Source: Methanobacteriota archaeon (GTDB lineage Archaea; Altiarchaeota; Altiarchaeia; IMC4; SCGC-AAA252-I15). Taken from it: a DNA stretch of 41,846 nucleotides. Of the stretch, positions 9,001-17,888 are shown piece by piece. Location: contig JBDRAY010000099.1 in assembly GCA_043823295.1 (NCBI GenBank), forward strand, positions 1-41,846, given 5' to 3'. A program made the position numbers and the translations under genes. The notes beneath the pieces were generated by a model, which saw only the letters and a program-made list of their open reading frames with translations, was not told where the DNA came from and made no database searches. How positions within the stretch are numbered: position 1 is the first letter of the stretch; each line of letters opens with the position of its first letter.

Positions 9001-12000
9001 GAATCCAACTTGAAGTGCATGCTTGTTTTCGGATAAAGTAGGCGGTACGTCGTAGACCCTTCACTCCGTGCCGCTTCCACACCATCTTCGAGGACTGCAG
9101 TCAAGTAATGCCAGACTCCGTCATTTACTGGAGTGATTCCTTGCGCATAGCTTACGTGGCTGCCGTTTCCAATTCCGAACTGTGCATCACCATTGGCCAA
9201 CCGTATCACGTATTCCTGATTTACCCAAGCCCCACTCCAAAGCCCGCGCTTGAGCACTCCCTGAGTGCCCGTACTCGTAGTCTTAACCCAAGCAGCTAAA
9301 GTGATTTCATCTCCAAGTCCTAAAGCAGGATTTGGATTAATTACAATGTTGTCGTCGACACCGTCGAACTCGTAACCCTGTCCGTACTTACCCGCAACCA
9401 ACTGCGGCGGAGTGTTCCCGTCGCCGTTACCGTGATTCCAATCAGTCAAAGTCCCATGGTAACCTCCCACAACATCATTCGCATTGCCTGAAAACGGGTA
9501 CTCCGCAACCAAACCAACAACACAAACACCACCCTCGTCAACCTGACCATCACAATCATTGTCCAAACCATCACAGGTTTCCACGCCGCCGTTTGTTGGA
9601 GTGCAAGTGGTTCCCATACAGTCCTCCGGAATTTCCCCGAAGATTGAAGTGATTGTTTCCGTCACGTTTATGATTTTATTACTCGGGTAGCCTGCCACAG
9701 TCATGGCTTCTACGATGCGTTCGTCCATAGGCCACGGCCACAACCCCTGCCCGGTCCGAACACCGTCTACGTATCGGCGGCAAAGGTTTGCGCCACGTGT
9801 CGTATTGAAGACGTTTTCGTTAGCGCCATAGGCGTCGGCGACGGTCGCAGCCTCAATATTGTTGTCGGTCGTCCAGTAACCGGGATCCTTATTGTGAAAT
9901 TGTTCTCCAATTACCGTGCTATTAGCGTAGATTAATCCTCCAGGTGGGTAAGTGCCGGCTTCCTTCCAGCGTGCTGATCCGTCTTGGACTTCCCCTCCAC
10001 TTATTGTCGGCCAAATTGGCTCTGTGGATCCAGTAGTACCGTTTACAATTAGCTTATAGTAGTGTCCGTTCCAAGTGGTTGGTATCCTATAGATATTACG
10101 TGATCCAGTATTGTAAAGAGTATTTGGTTTCCACTGATTGTGTGCTCCTAGAATCACGTTGTAATCCACTCCAGGGTGGTTTGTATACACTACATTATCA
10201 CGAATATCTGTTGTTGTAGATCCAGTCAAATAGAAAAGGGTTCTATCGTTGAAAGCAGGGATGTCCTGGTCTGCCGTCACATACGAAAGCGATCCTAAAA
10301 CTTTTATGTCTGCTGCCTGGTCCTGTTCGTCTAGTCTGTCTCGGGATATTAACCCGTAATATTGTGTTCCACTTGGATTCTGTTCTTTTAGGGAATCCCA
10401 AGTTGCAACGCAGTTTTCGCAAAGACCACCATAACTGTTATAGTACATTGAAAACGTCATTTTCGGGTCGCTTCGGCTCGTCCCCTCCCACCGACCGAAG
10501 CATCGGCGGAACGTAGTATTGTCGCCGTGCTGGGAGTTCGAATACGTCTTCCGCGCGATACCGAATCCGGCACAATCTTCAAAGGTGTTGTTATTCGATG
10601 CAGTGTGTGCACCGAATATGTTCGTATTACCGTCAAACGCATCCCAGCCGACAACCCTTCTAATTATGTTGTCGTGTGAACGCGCAATGTTGACCACGGT
10701 TGCGGAAGAATTAAAAGCATTTAATCCTTCTATAACGAAGAAGTTGTTTTGATCCAATAAAACCGGTTCATTTACTCCTGCACCATTTACCCATGCTTTC
10801 CCGTCACGGTAAGCCTTAACCGTTATTGGGGATCCGCTTGACCCGCTTAATCCGTCAGGGGGATTAATCATGGAATCAGAGCCAGTGTAAATTCCATCTA
10901 AAAGACACAGTGTGTGTCCCGGCTGGGCGATACTCCAAAAGTCTGACACCTTAAACGGGCTTGCAAGTGTCCCGGTTCCCCCGCCGGTCGGCGAGGCATA
11001 ATAGTCGCAGTCGGTAGCGGGAGAAGCGCAACCTTCATCGACAACCTCATCACAGTCATTGTCAACTCCATCACAGAATTCAGGAGAAGGAGTGCACACA
11101 TCATAGTGTTCGCAACCGTCTGTGAGGTCTACATTCGCATCTTCGTAGTTGTGGAAGCATCCGTCGAACTGGCATTCCCCGGCGACGCAGCTGGTGAATG
11201 CTTTCGGTATGTAGCAGATGTTTCCGCAGGCTCCGCAGTTGAAGGGGTCGGTCTGAAGGTCGTAGCCTTCGTCTACTGTGGAGGCGGCGGTTTGCGTGCT
11301 GCATCCCATATCGTAGTAGCTTGCGTCGCAGTCGTTGTCGATGCCGTCGCAGACTTCAAGGTAGTCGGGATTGCAAGGGCTTGGCTGGTCGGTGATGGCG
11401 TTCCATGAATAGTTCGCGGCGAGCTGAAGGGTACCTATGGGATTGCTTGTGTAGAAGTTGTTTCGGAACATTCCGGAACTGTTCTTATCGTTCATGGTGT
11501 ACGACCACCACTTCACTGGGTTTTCGTAGTTGGCTGGACCTCCCACATAGTCGAATCCGTAGGTTGAAAGTAGGTTCGGCGAATCCGCGATTTTCCTGGG
11601 ATCGCAGCTTGTCTCCTCGTGCGCCCAGCTTACCAGAGCAAAGTTTTCCCGCTCGAGGAGGTCGAGTCCATACCACGTGTCTCCTATCTGTCCTCCATAG
11701 CGGACTTGGGTGTATTCGTCATACCAGTGGTAGGGGTTGACCATGTCGTCGTACATGAGCACCTTGATGTTTGGGTTGAAGGAGTGGATGATGTCGCTTA
11801 CGTTGTTTATGAATTGTCCAAAGAGCTGGTAGTTTTCTAGTCCAAGCCTTTTCGAGCGGCTGTCGCGGTTGAAACCCCAAATTTCGTCCATGGTTATGAG
11901 GATGTAGTCGGGCGTGAGCTGCTGCATCGTTGGGCGGACGATGTTTTCCTTGTAGACTTCGAGGACTTCTGGGTCTGCGAAGCTCATCTTTTCCGTGCGC

Positions 12001-15000
12001 GTTGCAGTCGTCCTCGGGAGGAAGTCGTAGTCGACGAGTACGGTAGCCCCCGCGGGGATGCTTCCAACTGGAATCCTTGTCACAATCGCCTGCCGTCCAG
12101 CGAGCACGTCGCTGGTATTTAAGGCAGGAATCGGGTTTGTGTAGGTTAACGTGTAGTCTACGTCCCTCTGGTATTTAACAGACTTGTCGAGACTGTATAC
12201 TTCAAGCTCGGTCGCATTGGTCTCAAGGACGTTTCGCAGGGCCCCGCTTACTTCAATGATTTCGAGGTCGTCGACCCACAAGTCCATGGCGTTTGAGCTC
12301 TGTGCCTTAATCTGAATCCACAGGTATTCGACCCCACCGTATGTCGGAAGTGAAATTGTGAATCTCTTCCACACCCCCTCGTAATCCTTAAAAGTGATTG
12401 ACCTGTAGTCATAGTCCTTCATCTCCTGCCTGCTGGAATTATAGAACTTTATGATAATGTTTTGATAGCCCTTCTCTACGGGATTAATGTTCTGTTTTCT
12501 CACGTAAAACGTCAGTTGATAGAGCTTTTCAGATTCGACGTCGAAGTAGCGATCGGATTCGCTGGGGCCGGAGATAAGCGACGAACTTCTTCCGCTTGCG
12601 ATGTCGCTTGGAAGGTGAAGCTTAGCCGAGCAACTTCCTGAGTGACTTACAGTGCAGTCCCTGCTCCAGTCTCCTGGATTTGCTGGTTCCACGACGTGCC
12701 AGCCGTCGGGGAGCGCGCTGCCGACCTCAAAACCCGTGTTTAATGCCACGTTTGGAAGCGCAGGAACCTGTAGGATGTTCGAGCCGTCGAACTGGCCTGA
12801 AACGTTTTGCGCCCAAATACCCTCATAAAGGTTCGGGTTCACGGAAGTGACGTAATAAGGCGACATATAGGTTGCAGTGTGAAAATGCCTTTTCTTTAGG
12901 AAGTCTTCGCGGGCTAGCATGGCATCAATGGTTCCCTGCGATGAAGTCGGGCTTAAATACCTGCCCAATCCCATGTGGTGGAAGTTCATCTTAAGTCTCG
13001 CGAGGTGGTCGAGGAACTCCTCTGCAGTCGGATAATCCGGGTAAGTGAGGCTGCCGTATTCTCCCCTGAACTCGTAGTCTGGCCAGTCTAGGATTTTGAT
13101 GTTGGGGAGTTGTATGTTTGTGCCTTGGCTGTCAAGAAGCCATATTAGGGTCACAACTCCGTAGAATGTTCCCGTTGTCGAGTTTGCGAGCACGAGTATT
13201 TGGTCGGGTTGGGTGAGCAGTATGTATCCTTGATTGTATCCTCCGATTATCTCAGTGTTTACGTTGGCTGCTGCCGCTATTGCGAGGGCTGAAACCGTCG
13301 GATTCGTGTTGGGATTTCCGATTACTATCCTCTTCGTGCCGACTGGAGCGGCGATATCCCCTACCAAAACTGATACAGCTCCCGAACTATTTGCGATGAT
13401 CGCGTCTTTTAAGTAGTGTGCGGTGAAGTTGTCGTAAACGTCGTTTATATCCGTTATTATCTTCCAGGAGGAATCAACTTGGACTTGTGTTGTGGATATC
13501 TCTTGGATTTCCTTGGGCTCCGGGATGATTTCCGGGATGCTTAGTGCCCCGGTTATCGTGAAGTTCCATGAATAACTGGTTGGCATAAGATTGCCCGCCC
13601 TGTCCATGCATTTCACATATACTGTGTGGGGTGCGACAGTTAGGCTGGAAGACACCCAGTATGAATGGGTGACTCCCGTGCTGGTGAAAGTGAAGTCCAT
13701 GCTTGCGTAAGACTTGTCGGCGTCGATTGAACCTTTACACGTTGCGTTCTCGTCGGTTTCAATGATTAATGTGGGTCTTGTTATCCCCACATCTCCCGTA
13801 GGCAGGTGACTTAAGACTCGTGGAGGCCAGTAGTCGAGCCAAAGAGTCTCTTCTTCACCAGCATTCAGCCAGTAGCCTTTACCCGGACTCATTTCGTTTA
13901 GACTCCAGAAAATCTGGGGTACAGAATTGTCAGCCTGAAACCAGCTTCCATTGTCGAAATGCTGAAGTATCGACCAATTACCGTCAATAGACTTCAAAGC
14001 ATCCGCGAGTGCTCTAGTCTCGTTGGTTGTGAATCCAATCATGTTCCAGCAACAAAATGTTGAACCTTGGATGATCGGAGAGTAGACGGATTCCGTAGAG
14101 CCGTAAACTGTGAGCGTGTCGTCTGTATTCATCTTAAGCCAGTAGCCGAGGCCGGGAGTGAGGTGGTCAATCTGAGCGAATCCACCTTTTGCCTTCGTAA
14201 TCCAGCTTCCTGCGGATGCGTTATAGTGGGATATGATGTTCCAGTCGACATCCCCCAAGACGGAATCGATTTCCGTGTTGGTGGGGACGTTGGGGAGAGC
14301 GAACATGTTCCAGTCTTCCTTAAGATCGACGGTTGCAGTTGTTTTGGGGTCGCCGTATTTCATAAGCCATAGGTCGCAGTATCCAAAACCGCAGGTTTTC
14401 GTAGCACCCGCGATATAAATGTCTCCAGTGTCTTGCACGCTAATTCCATTACCTGTGTTTCCTTCGTTATCTCCTTCAGTCTGCTGCCGCAAGACATTTC
14501 CGTCAGAGTCAAACTCAACAAGCCAAAGGTCGCTTCCTCCTGCGCCAAAGGAACTTGTTCTCGCAGTCACATAAATTACGTCGTCTGAGAAAACTTCGAT
14601 GTCATTACCCTCTTCCGTAGAAGTCCCCCCCAAAGTCTTATCCCAAACCAGGTTTCCGTCGGAATCAAACCTCAGAATCCAAACGTCTGAACTCCCTGCT
14701 CCATACGATTTAGTGTATCCCGTAACGTAAACACTTCCGTCAGAGGCAACTGAAACACCCCTTCCGGAATCCATGTCACCTCCGCCAAGCATTTCATCCC
14801 AGATTAAATTCCCGTCTGAATCGAATTTGTGTAGTGTGAGATTATACTTCGAGTTCAATCCCTGCGGAGGTGCAGCCTGAGTTAAACCAGTAACGTAAAT
14901 GCTTCCGTCAGAAGATTCAGCGAGTCCATAAGCCTGGTCTTGAAGGCTTCCCCCGAAAGTCTTATTCCAAATCAAGTTTCCGTTGCTGTCAAACTTTAAA

Positions 15001-17825
15001 AGCCAAGAGTCATATGGGGGTACTACTACTCCAGCAACGTATACAAATCCATCTGAAGATACTAGAACGTCATTACCTAATGAGTTTCCAACTCCAGGGA
15101 TTTGTTTATCAAAAATTAGGTTCCCGTTCGAACCATATTTTAAAAGCCATAAGTCTTGGTCTCCAACGCCTTGGGTAAATATTCCTGTTGCATACACGTT
15201 ACCGGAAGAATCAATGTCAACTCCCCTACCCGCGCTAGTATTCGTCATGGAATAATGGGTTGTGCTGGGTGATTTATCCCAAAGAAGGTTTCCGTCGGAA
15301 TCATACTTGACCAGCCACAAGTAGCTAGTATCAGTTTTGTTGGTGTATTCAACCGATCCCGTTACGTACACGCTTCCGTCGGCTGCAACCACAACATCTT
15401 CCCCATAAGACCTTGATATCTCGGGCCTACCCGCACTCTCCTCCCACATAAGCTTAAAGGGGGTCTCGATGCACGAACTTGAGAAATCACATCTCTTATT
15501 GTGGGTGGCATCACAGTAAGATCCCGTAGGGCAATCCAGGGCGTCTGCACAGTCAGAAAGCCCATCCACGTCTTCATCCCCTCCAATCATGCATTTTTCA
15601 GGTGGCATGCAAAGACCGATTGAATTGCATACTAGAGTATGCCCAGCATTACAGAAGACGCCTTCATGACAATCTAGAACATCCGCACAATCGGATAGTG
15701 TGTCACCATCTTCATCCCCTTGGAGTTCACACTCCTCGTCTGACGGGATTGAGCCTGAAAACTGAACAGATGCCGAGGCATTAACTCTTCCATCACCTTG
15801 TATTTTCGATGGATACAACAAGTCTATTGCGGTTTCCTCCATGACTTTTTTCACGTCACTGGGAGTCCAATTTGAGTGTGCCTGTTTCATAATTGCCGCC
15901 AACCCTGAAACGTGGGGTGTGGCCATGGAAGTTCCGGAGATGTTGATGTGGCTTGTATCAAAACAGTGGATGTCGACTCCAAAGCCAATCCAAGCCTCAT
16001 CCCACATAGTGTCCTGAGAGGATTGTGCTGCGCAAATGAGTCCTCCCGGAGCTACAACATCTGGTTTTATGATCGTCTCTCTTGGAAGTTGAATTGGGCC
16101 GCGCGAGCTGAATCCTGAGATAATATCTGCTTTGTCTGTTGAGCCGACTGTTATGGCTTTCCTGGCGGTTCCAGGAGTTCCGATGGTCTCGTCCCCTGTT
16201 TTTATGCAACTGCTGCTTCCTTGGGGTCCGCAGTTTCCAGCCGCAACAACTGCGATGACTCCGTTTTCAACTGCAGTATCAATTGCCCGGGATGATATGT
16301 CGTCTGGCCCGCAGTTTTCATCGTAAACCCAGCATTGACCCCCTAGACTTAAGCTGATTACATCTATAATGTCATTTGGGTTGGTTTCCCCAGCATCAAT
16401 TCCATAAACGAGTCCGTCCCCGTCTAAGTCATAGGATTTTTCAATAGCCGCGATAATATTTGAAAAGCTTCCACCTCCAGACTGGCTTAAAACCTTAAAA
16501 GCGTAAAGTTGAGCATCTGGTGCAACACCATTGAGAGCACCGTTTCCTGCTGCAGTTGCAGCACAATGGGTTCCGTGGCCGTTGTCGTCCATCGGGTCTG
16601 CGTCATTGTTTACGAAGTCCCAGCCTCCCACCACCTTGCAGGATGGTCCCAGGCACCCGCCGAGGTCGGGGTGTGTGTAGTCTATGCCCGTATCAAGTAT
16701 GGCGACAGTCATATTAGCGCCGGTAATACAGGGTCTGCCTGAAACACCACAATCGTTTCCGTCCGCATCTAAAAGCCACACGTCATTAGCTTCAATCAAT
16801 TCCACAGAATCCATCAGCGTCTCGTAAACATCCAGGTTCGGATACACTCCCTTAATCTGTGGGAGAGCTCTTAACGCATCTGCTTCTTCTTCAGAAATGT
16901 CTACGGAAATACCGTTGATCACCTTGTTGAAGGTGCGTTCAACCTTAAGGTGTGGGATTGCTGATCTTATGAGGTCTAAGGTTGCATCCTGCTCCTTGTT
17001 TACCACCGTCTTTTGTGAGGCGAGCTTGTCGGGCAGAAGGCTTTGTAGTTCGGATATTTCCCTTGTTATCGAGTTTGCTTTTGAGGATGTTGGGGTTAGG
17101 GTTTTCCGCGAAGCTTCCATGAATCTTATCTCTTCTAAGGCTTCGGCTCTGACTTTAAGGGGTGGTTTCTCGTGGAATTCAATGATATATCCATCGAATT
17201 TGGGCTTTACCACTTCTTGAAGTTGCAGTGGTGAGAGTGTCGAAACCGGTGAGGGCGGGTCGTGGTATACTACTTCCCCCGGAATTGAGATTATGTTCCA
17301 ACCTGAATTCAATTGTTTTTCGATGTTGAATGTGCAGTCTGTACAGGAGAGTTCTATTGATTGAAGGTTTGCGCCCTGCCATTGTGCGGATTGCTCTGTG
17401 GTGTGTCCGTTAATCTTGAATATGATTGTTTCCCCGTATACTCCCCCCTCTTTTGTTCCAGTGCCCGGGTCGTCACCGTTTATGGACATGACACCGTATA
17501 CTCCCCTTTCCGTCACGATGAAGTTGGCGGGATAATTTACACCCCCAATCCATGCAGAGATTACAGTTCCGGGTGGTGCGGGAAACCCGTCCATTGTGAC
17601 GGTTCCGTTAAACCATGCTGGAAGGGGAGGAATCCCGGAAATGGCCAGGGGGTTTACCCTTGCCTCCGTAAACAGTCCTCCAGGAACCTTAAGCCCGAAG
17701 TCGGCGACGATCAAGCCGAAGAATATTATAATAATAATTATGGTACTAGAAATTAGGGTATTTCGTTTCGCCCTCTCTAACCCCAAAATTGTATTGTTCA
17801 TAAATGTTTTTCCCAGGGAATCCAT
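6069..17825 (-). CDS. Giant (3918 aa) membrane-anchored multidomain surface protein: subtilase, 7-blade propeller, glycosidase-like, CBM, beta-helix and LamG modules
   Basis: Uninterrupted 11,757-nt ORF. N-terminal TM (STIIIIIIFFGLIVADFGL) and C-terminal TM plus basic tail (MIGGLVLLLVVIILIFHKTSRKD). An I9-like propeptide precedes a subtilase triad read directly: D378 (VAILDTGIDYTHPDL, 16692-16694), H417 (NGHGTHCAATAAG, 16575-16577) and S633 (SGTSMATPHVSG, 15927-15929). Then come two Cys6 acidic repeats, seven propeller blades and two GWN...GYWL modules. A GH20/GH84-like signature follows (QGYILL..GTFYGVVTL..ILDWPDYEFRG..LKMNFHH), then a CBM-like jelly roll (NTGFE..GW..LWVDDLEI). There are three CDGxDNDCD motifs and a beta-helix lead-in (YYASPTGGGTGTLASPF). 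Two LamG-like modules and a DUF4091/GH123-like region (..VIYESMREGIEDSRII..) complete it. Confidence 0.85.
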   Translation of the reverse strand: MDSLGKTFMNNTILGLERAKRNTLISSTIIIIIIFFGLIVADFGLKVPGGLFTEARVNPLAISGIPPLPAWFNGTVTMDGFPAPPGTVISAWIGGVNYPANFIVTERGVYGVMSINGDDPGTGTKEGGVYGETIIFKINGHTTEQSAQWQGANLQSIELSCTDCTFNIEKQLNSGWNIISIPGEVVYHDPPSPVSTLSPLQLQEVVKPKFDGYIIEFHEKPPLKVRAEALEEIRFMEASRKTLTPTSSKANSITREISELQSLLPDKLASQKTVVNKEQDATLDLIRSAIPHLKVERTFNKVINGISVDISEEEADALRALPQIKGVYPNLDVYETLMDSVELIEANDVWLLDADGNDCGVSGRPCITGANMTVAILDTGIDYTHPDLGGCLGPSCKVVGGWDFVNNDADPMDDNGHGTHCAATAAGNGALNGVAPDAQLYAFKVLSQSGGGSFSNIIAAIEKSYDLDGDGLVYGIDAGETNPNDIIDVISLSLGGQCWVYDENCGPDDISSRAIDTAVENGVIAVVAAGNCGPQGSSSCIKTGDETIGTPGTARKAITVGSTDKADIISGFSSRGPIQLPRETIIKPDVVAPGGLICAAQSSQDTMWDEAWIGFGVDIHCFDTSHINISGTSMATPHVSGLAAIMKQAHSNWTPSDVKKVMEETAIDLLYPSKIQGDGRVNASASVQFSGSIPSDEECELQGDEDGDTLSDCADVLDCHEGVFCNAGHTLVCNSIGLCMPPEKCMIGGDEDVDGLSDCADALDCPTGSYCDATHNKRCDFSSSCIETPFKLMWEESAGRPEISRSYGEDVVVAADGSVYVTGSVEYTNKTDTSYLWLVKYDSDGNLLWDKSPSTTHYSMTNTSAGRGVDIDSSGNVYATGIFTQGVGDQDLWLLKYGSNGNLIFDKQIPGVGNSLGNDVLVSSDGFVYVAGVVVPPYDSWLLKFDSNGNLIWNKTFGGSLQDQAYGLAESSDGSIYVTGLTQAAPPQGLNSKYNLTLHKFDSDGNLIWDEMLGGGDMDSGRGVSVASDGSVYVTGYTKSYGAGSSDVWILRFDSDGNLVWDKTLGGTSTEEGNDIEVFSDDVIYVTARTSSFGAGGSDLWLVEFDSDGNVLRQQTEGDNEGNTGNGISVQDTGDIYIAGATKTCGFGYCDLWLMKYGDPKTTATVDLKEDWNMFALPNVPTNTEIDSVLGDVDWNIISHYNASAGSWITKAKGGFAQIDHLTPGLGYWLKMNTDDTLTVYGSTESVYSPIIQGSTFCCWNMIGFTTNETRALADALKSIDGNWSILQHFDNGSWFQADNSVPQIFWSLNEMSPGKGYWLNAGEEETLWLDYWPPRVLSHLPTGDVGITRPTLIIETDENATCKGSIDADKSYASMDFTFTSTGVTHSYWVSSSLTVAPHTVYVKCMDRAGNLMPTSYSWNFTITGALSIPEIIPEPKEIQEISTTQVQVDSSWKIITDINDVYDNFTAHYLKDAIIANSSGAVSVLVGDIAAPVGTKRIVIGNPNTNPTVSALAIAAAANVNTEIIGGYNQGYILLTQPDQILVLANSTTGTFYGVVTLIWLLDSQGTNIQLPNIKILDWPDYEFRGEYGSLTYPDYPTAEEFLDHLARLKMNFHHMGLGRYLSPTSSQGTIDAMLAREDFLKKRHFHTATYMSPYYVTSVNPNLYEGIWAQNVSGQFDGSNILQVPALPNVALNTGFEVGSALPDGWHVVEPANPGDWSRDCTVSHSGSCSAKLHLPSDIASGRSSSLISGPSESDRYFDVESEKLYQLTFYVRKQNINPVEKGYQNIIIKFYNSSRQEMKDYDYRSITFKDYEGVWKRFTISLPTYGGVEYLWIQIKAQSSNAMDLWVDDLEIIEVSGALRNVLETNATELEVYSLDKSVKYQRDVDYTLTYTNPIPALNTSDVLAGRQAIVTRIPVGSIPAGATVLVDYDFLPRTTATRTEKMSFADPEVLEVYKENIVRPTMQQLTPDYILITMDEIWGFNRDSRSKRLGLENYQLFGQFINNVSDIIHSFNPNIKVLMYDDMVNPYHWYDEYTQVRYGGQIGDTWYGLDLLERENFALVSWAHEETSCDPRKIADSPNLLSTYGFDYVGGPANYENPVKWWSYTMNDKNSSGMFRNNFYTSNPIGTLQLAANYSWNAITDQPSPCNPDYLEVCDGIDNDCDASYYDMGCSTQTAASTVDEGYDLQTDPFNCGACGNICYIPKAFTSCVAGECQFDGCFHNYEDANVDLTDGCEHYDVCTPSPEFCDGVDNDCDEVVDEGCASPATDCDYYASPTGGGTGTLASPFKVSDFWSIAQPGHTLCLLDGIYTGSDSMINPPDGLSGSSGSPITVKAYRDGKAWVNGAGVNEPVLLDQNNFFVIEGLNAFNSSATVVNIARSHDNIIRRVVGWDAFDGNTNIFGAHTASNNNTFEDCAGFGIARKTYSNSQHGDNTTFRRCFGRWEGTSRSDPKMTFSMYYNSYGGLCENCVATWDSLKEQNPSGTQYYGLISRDRLDEQDQAADIKVLGSLSYVTADQDIPAFNDRTLFYLTGSTTTDIRDNVVYTNHPGVDYNVILGAHNQWKPNTLYNTGSRNIYRIPTTWNGHYYKLIVNGTTGSTEPIWPTISGGEVQDGSARWKEAGTYPPGGLIYANSTVIGEQFHNKDPGYWTTDNNIEAATVADAYGANENVFNTTRGANLCRRYVDGVRTGQGLWPWPMDERIVEAMTVAGYPSNKIINVTETITSIFGEIPEDCMGTTCTPTNGGVETCDGLDNDCDGQVDEGGVCVVGLVAEYPFSGNANDVVGGYHGTLTDWNHGNGDGNTPPQLVAGKYGQGYEFDGVDDNIVINPNPALGLGDEITLAAWVKTTSTGTQGVLKRGLWSGAWVNQEYVIRLANGDAQFGIGNGSHVSYAQGITPVNDGVWHYLTAVLEDGVEAARSEGSTTYRLLYPKTSMHFKLDSSSLNLSGNGVPYSHAILEIRYKDVVDETNCGQYDDMNSYCKPTVYSKLDFGEISYHEIGGLGGMGDDTWRILRIYLESNPFQLLRSIDGYFTFKIFYPQQLSGIEPLPIDYVRLSFVSFDDLHTSREIDRSNRTLYRWDYVESNTINPGDYPNNYVIYSRDYLEKVYPNTIPGASEITNTIKAFEVAGYSEPVTFSIYAFEDLSNVQISVSDLVKGSDTIPDDNITIQKVVAIDKRWKSGSGSAFGVNPWYLEDGNQMDVKAGSSQQVWLTVDVPGDANPGVYTGTVTISGPGVDFQQVDLEFTVHDIALEQPDATPYIYNSPYTPGVYFSNPRDLAAANMERHDINPLIYFKPVISASYSIDYSPNQQEIEKLADLGILPDKVMLHVRDNAFTFNPEDLKREYPAILQQYANFFAGFGVTPVVSFSDEPGVDPGERGWTTFMNKLAQEAGLETWVTYYPNCEQPLAGHFLTNPTSSTGQVVLSTSADGSDPNANSIFFTVYGATPNVRASIKVNNIERWTVSDLNYSAEIFNVSIGSFLNPGSNTVTVTLDKQSTRSEDVIVYFIDDYYRTLSWSAATASGWEHSFTDDPGGNLAPMDPWLDIRVYALGRLNETEVEKTARSGDSMSYYTTYFATMPEILYNRFLNGVYASALNGTGVYVYAYNVWGLHPYDDLEHPYYGRVGTLKGNRSQAGYQLVVPSWSGDVLDSVIYESMREGIEDSRIIATLEKAISENPGATANQAQAYLNGIYASVDKSFTPRYSSAVNMSAEILSDLSGRSDNWSYFTGMRKQMLTYIEDLEGIPHPAPARTLSLNSEDVIIPESYESERGLTPSTTYHNFFLDIGESGDIDNSNAFFIDEYGGLGNMKIYVDGTLEGLSERIVANTAAAHTQLIGALSNGYYFEGVIDEVKIWDVALNETEILSEMVSGAPAPQRAPVGMFYGGGIGSFSRAFMIGGLVLLLVVIILIFHKTSRKD
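14350..15440 (-). repeat. Seven tandem SBBP-like beta-propeller blades within the giant ORF
   Basis: Seven units of the pattern DG(S/F)(V/I)YV(T/A)G ... (D)(L/V)W(L/I)xK(Y/F)DS(D/N)GN(L/V)(L/I)W(D/N)K. Examples: AADGSVYVTGS..LWLVKYDSDGNLLWDK, ASDGSVYVTGY..VWILRFDSDGNLVWDK and DTGDIYIAGA..LWLMKYGD. Confidence 0.8.
15788..16748 (-). other. Peptidase S8 (subtilisin-like) catalytic domain within the giant ORF
   Basis: Asp, His and Ser motifs occur in canonical order and spacing (D378, H417, S633). The oxyanion-region motif AAGN (VIAVVAAGNCGP) lies between H and S. Confidence 0.85.
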
Positions 17826-17888
17826 GTTACCTACCCTGCCACTTGCAGACGTGTTAACTTATGGGCAGGTTTAATGTAAATAAGGGTT

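Noticed and set aside
7952-17874. Dozens of 60-130-aa ORFs on both strands inside the giant gene (for example 11106-11408, 11405-11740, 14067-14372, 16897-17220, 17361-17756).
   Set aside because: All overlap the uninterrupted 11.8-kb ORF, whose translation carries coherent domain signatures. None of the overlapping ORFs has recognisable motifs.
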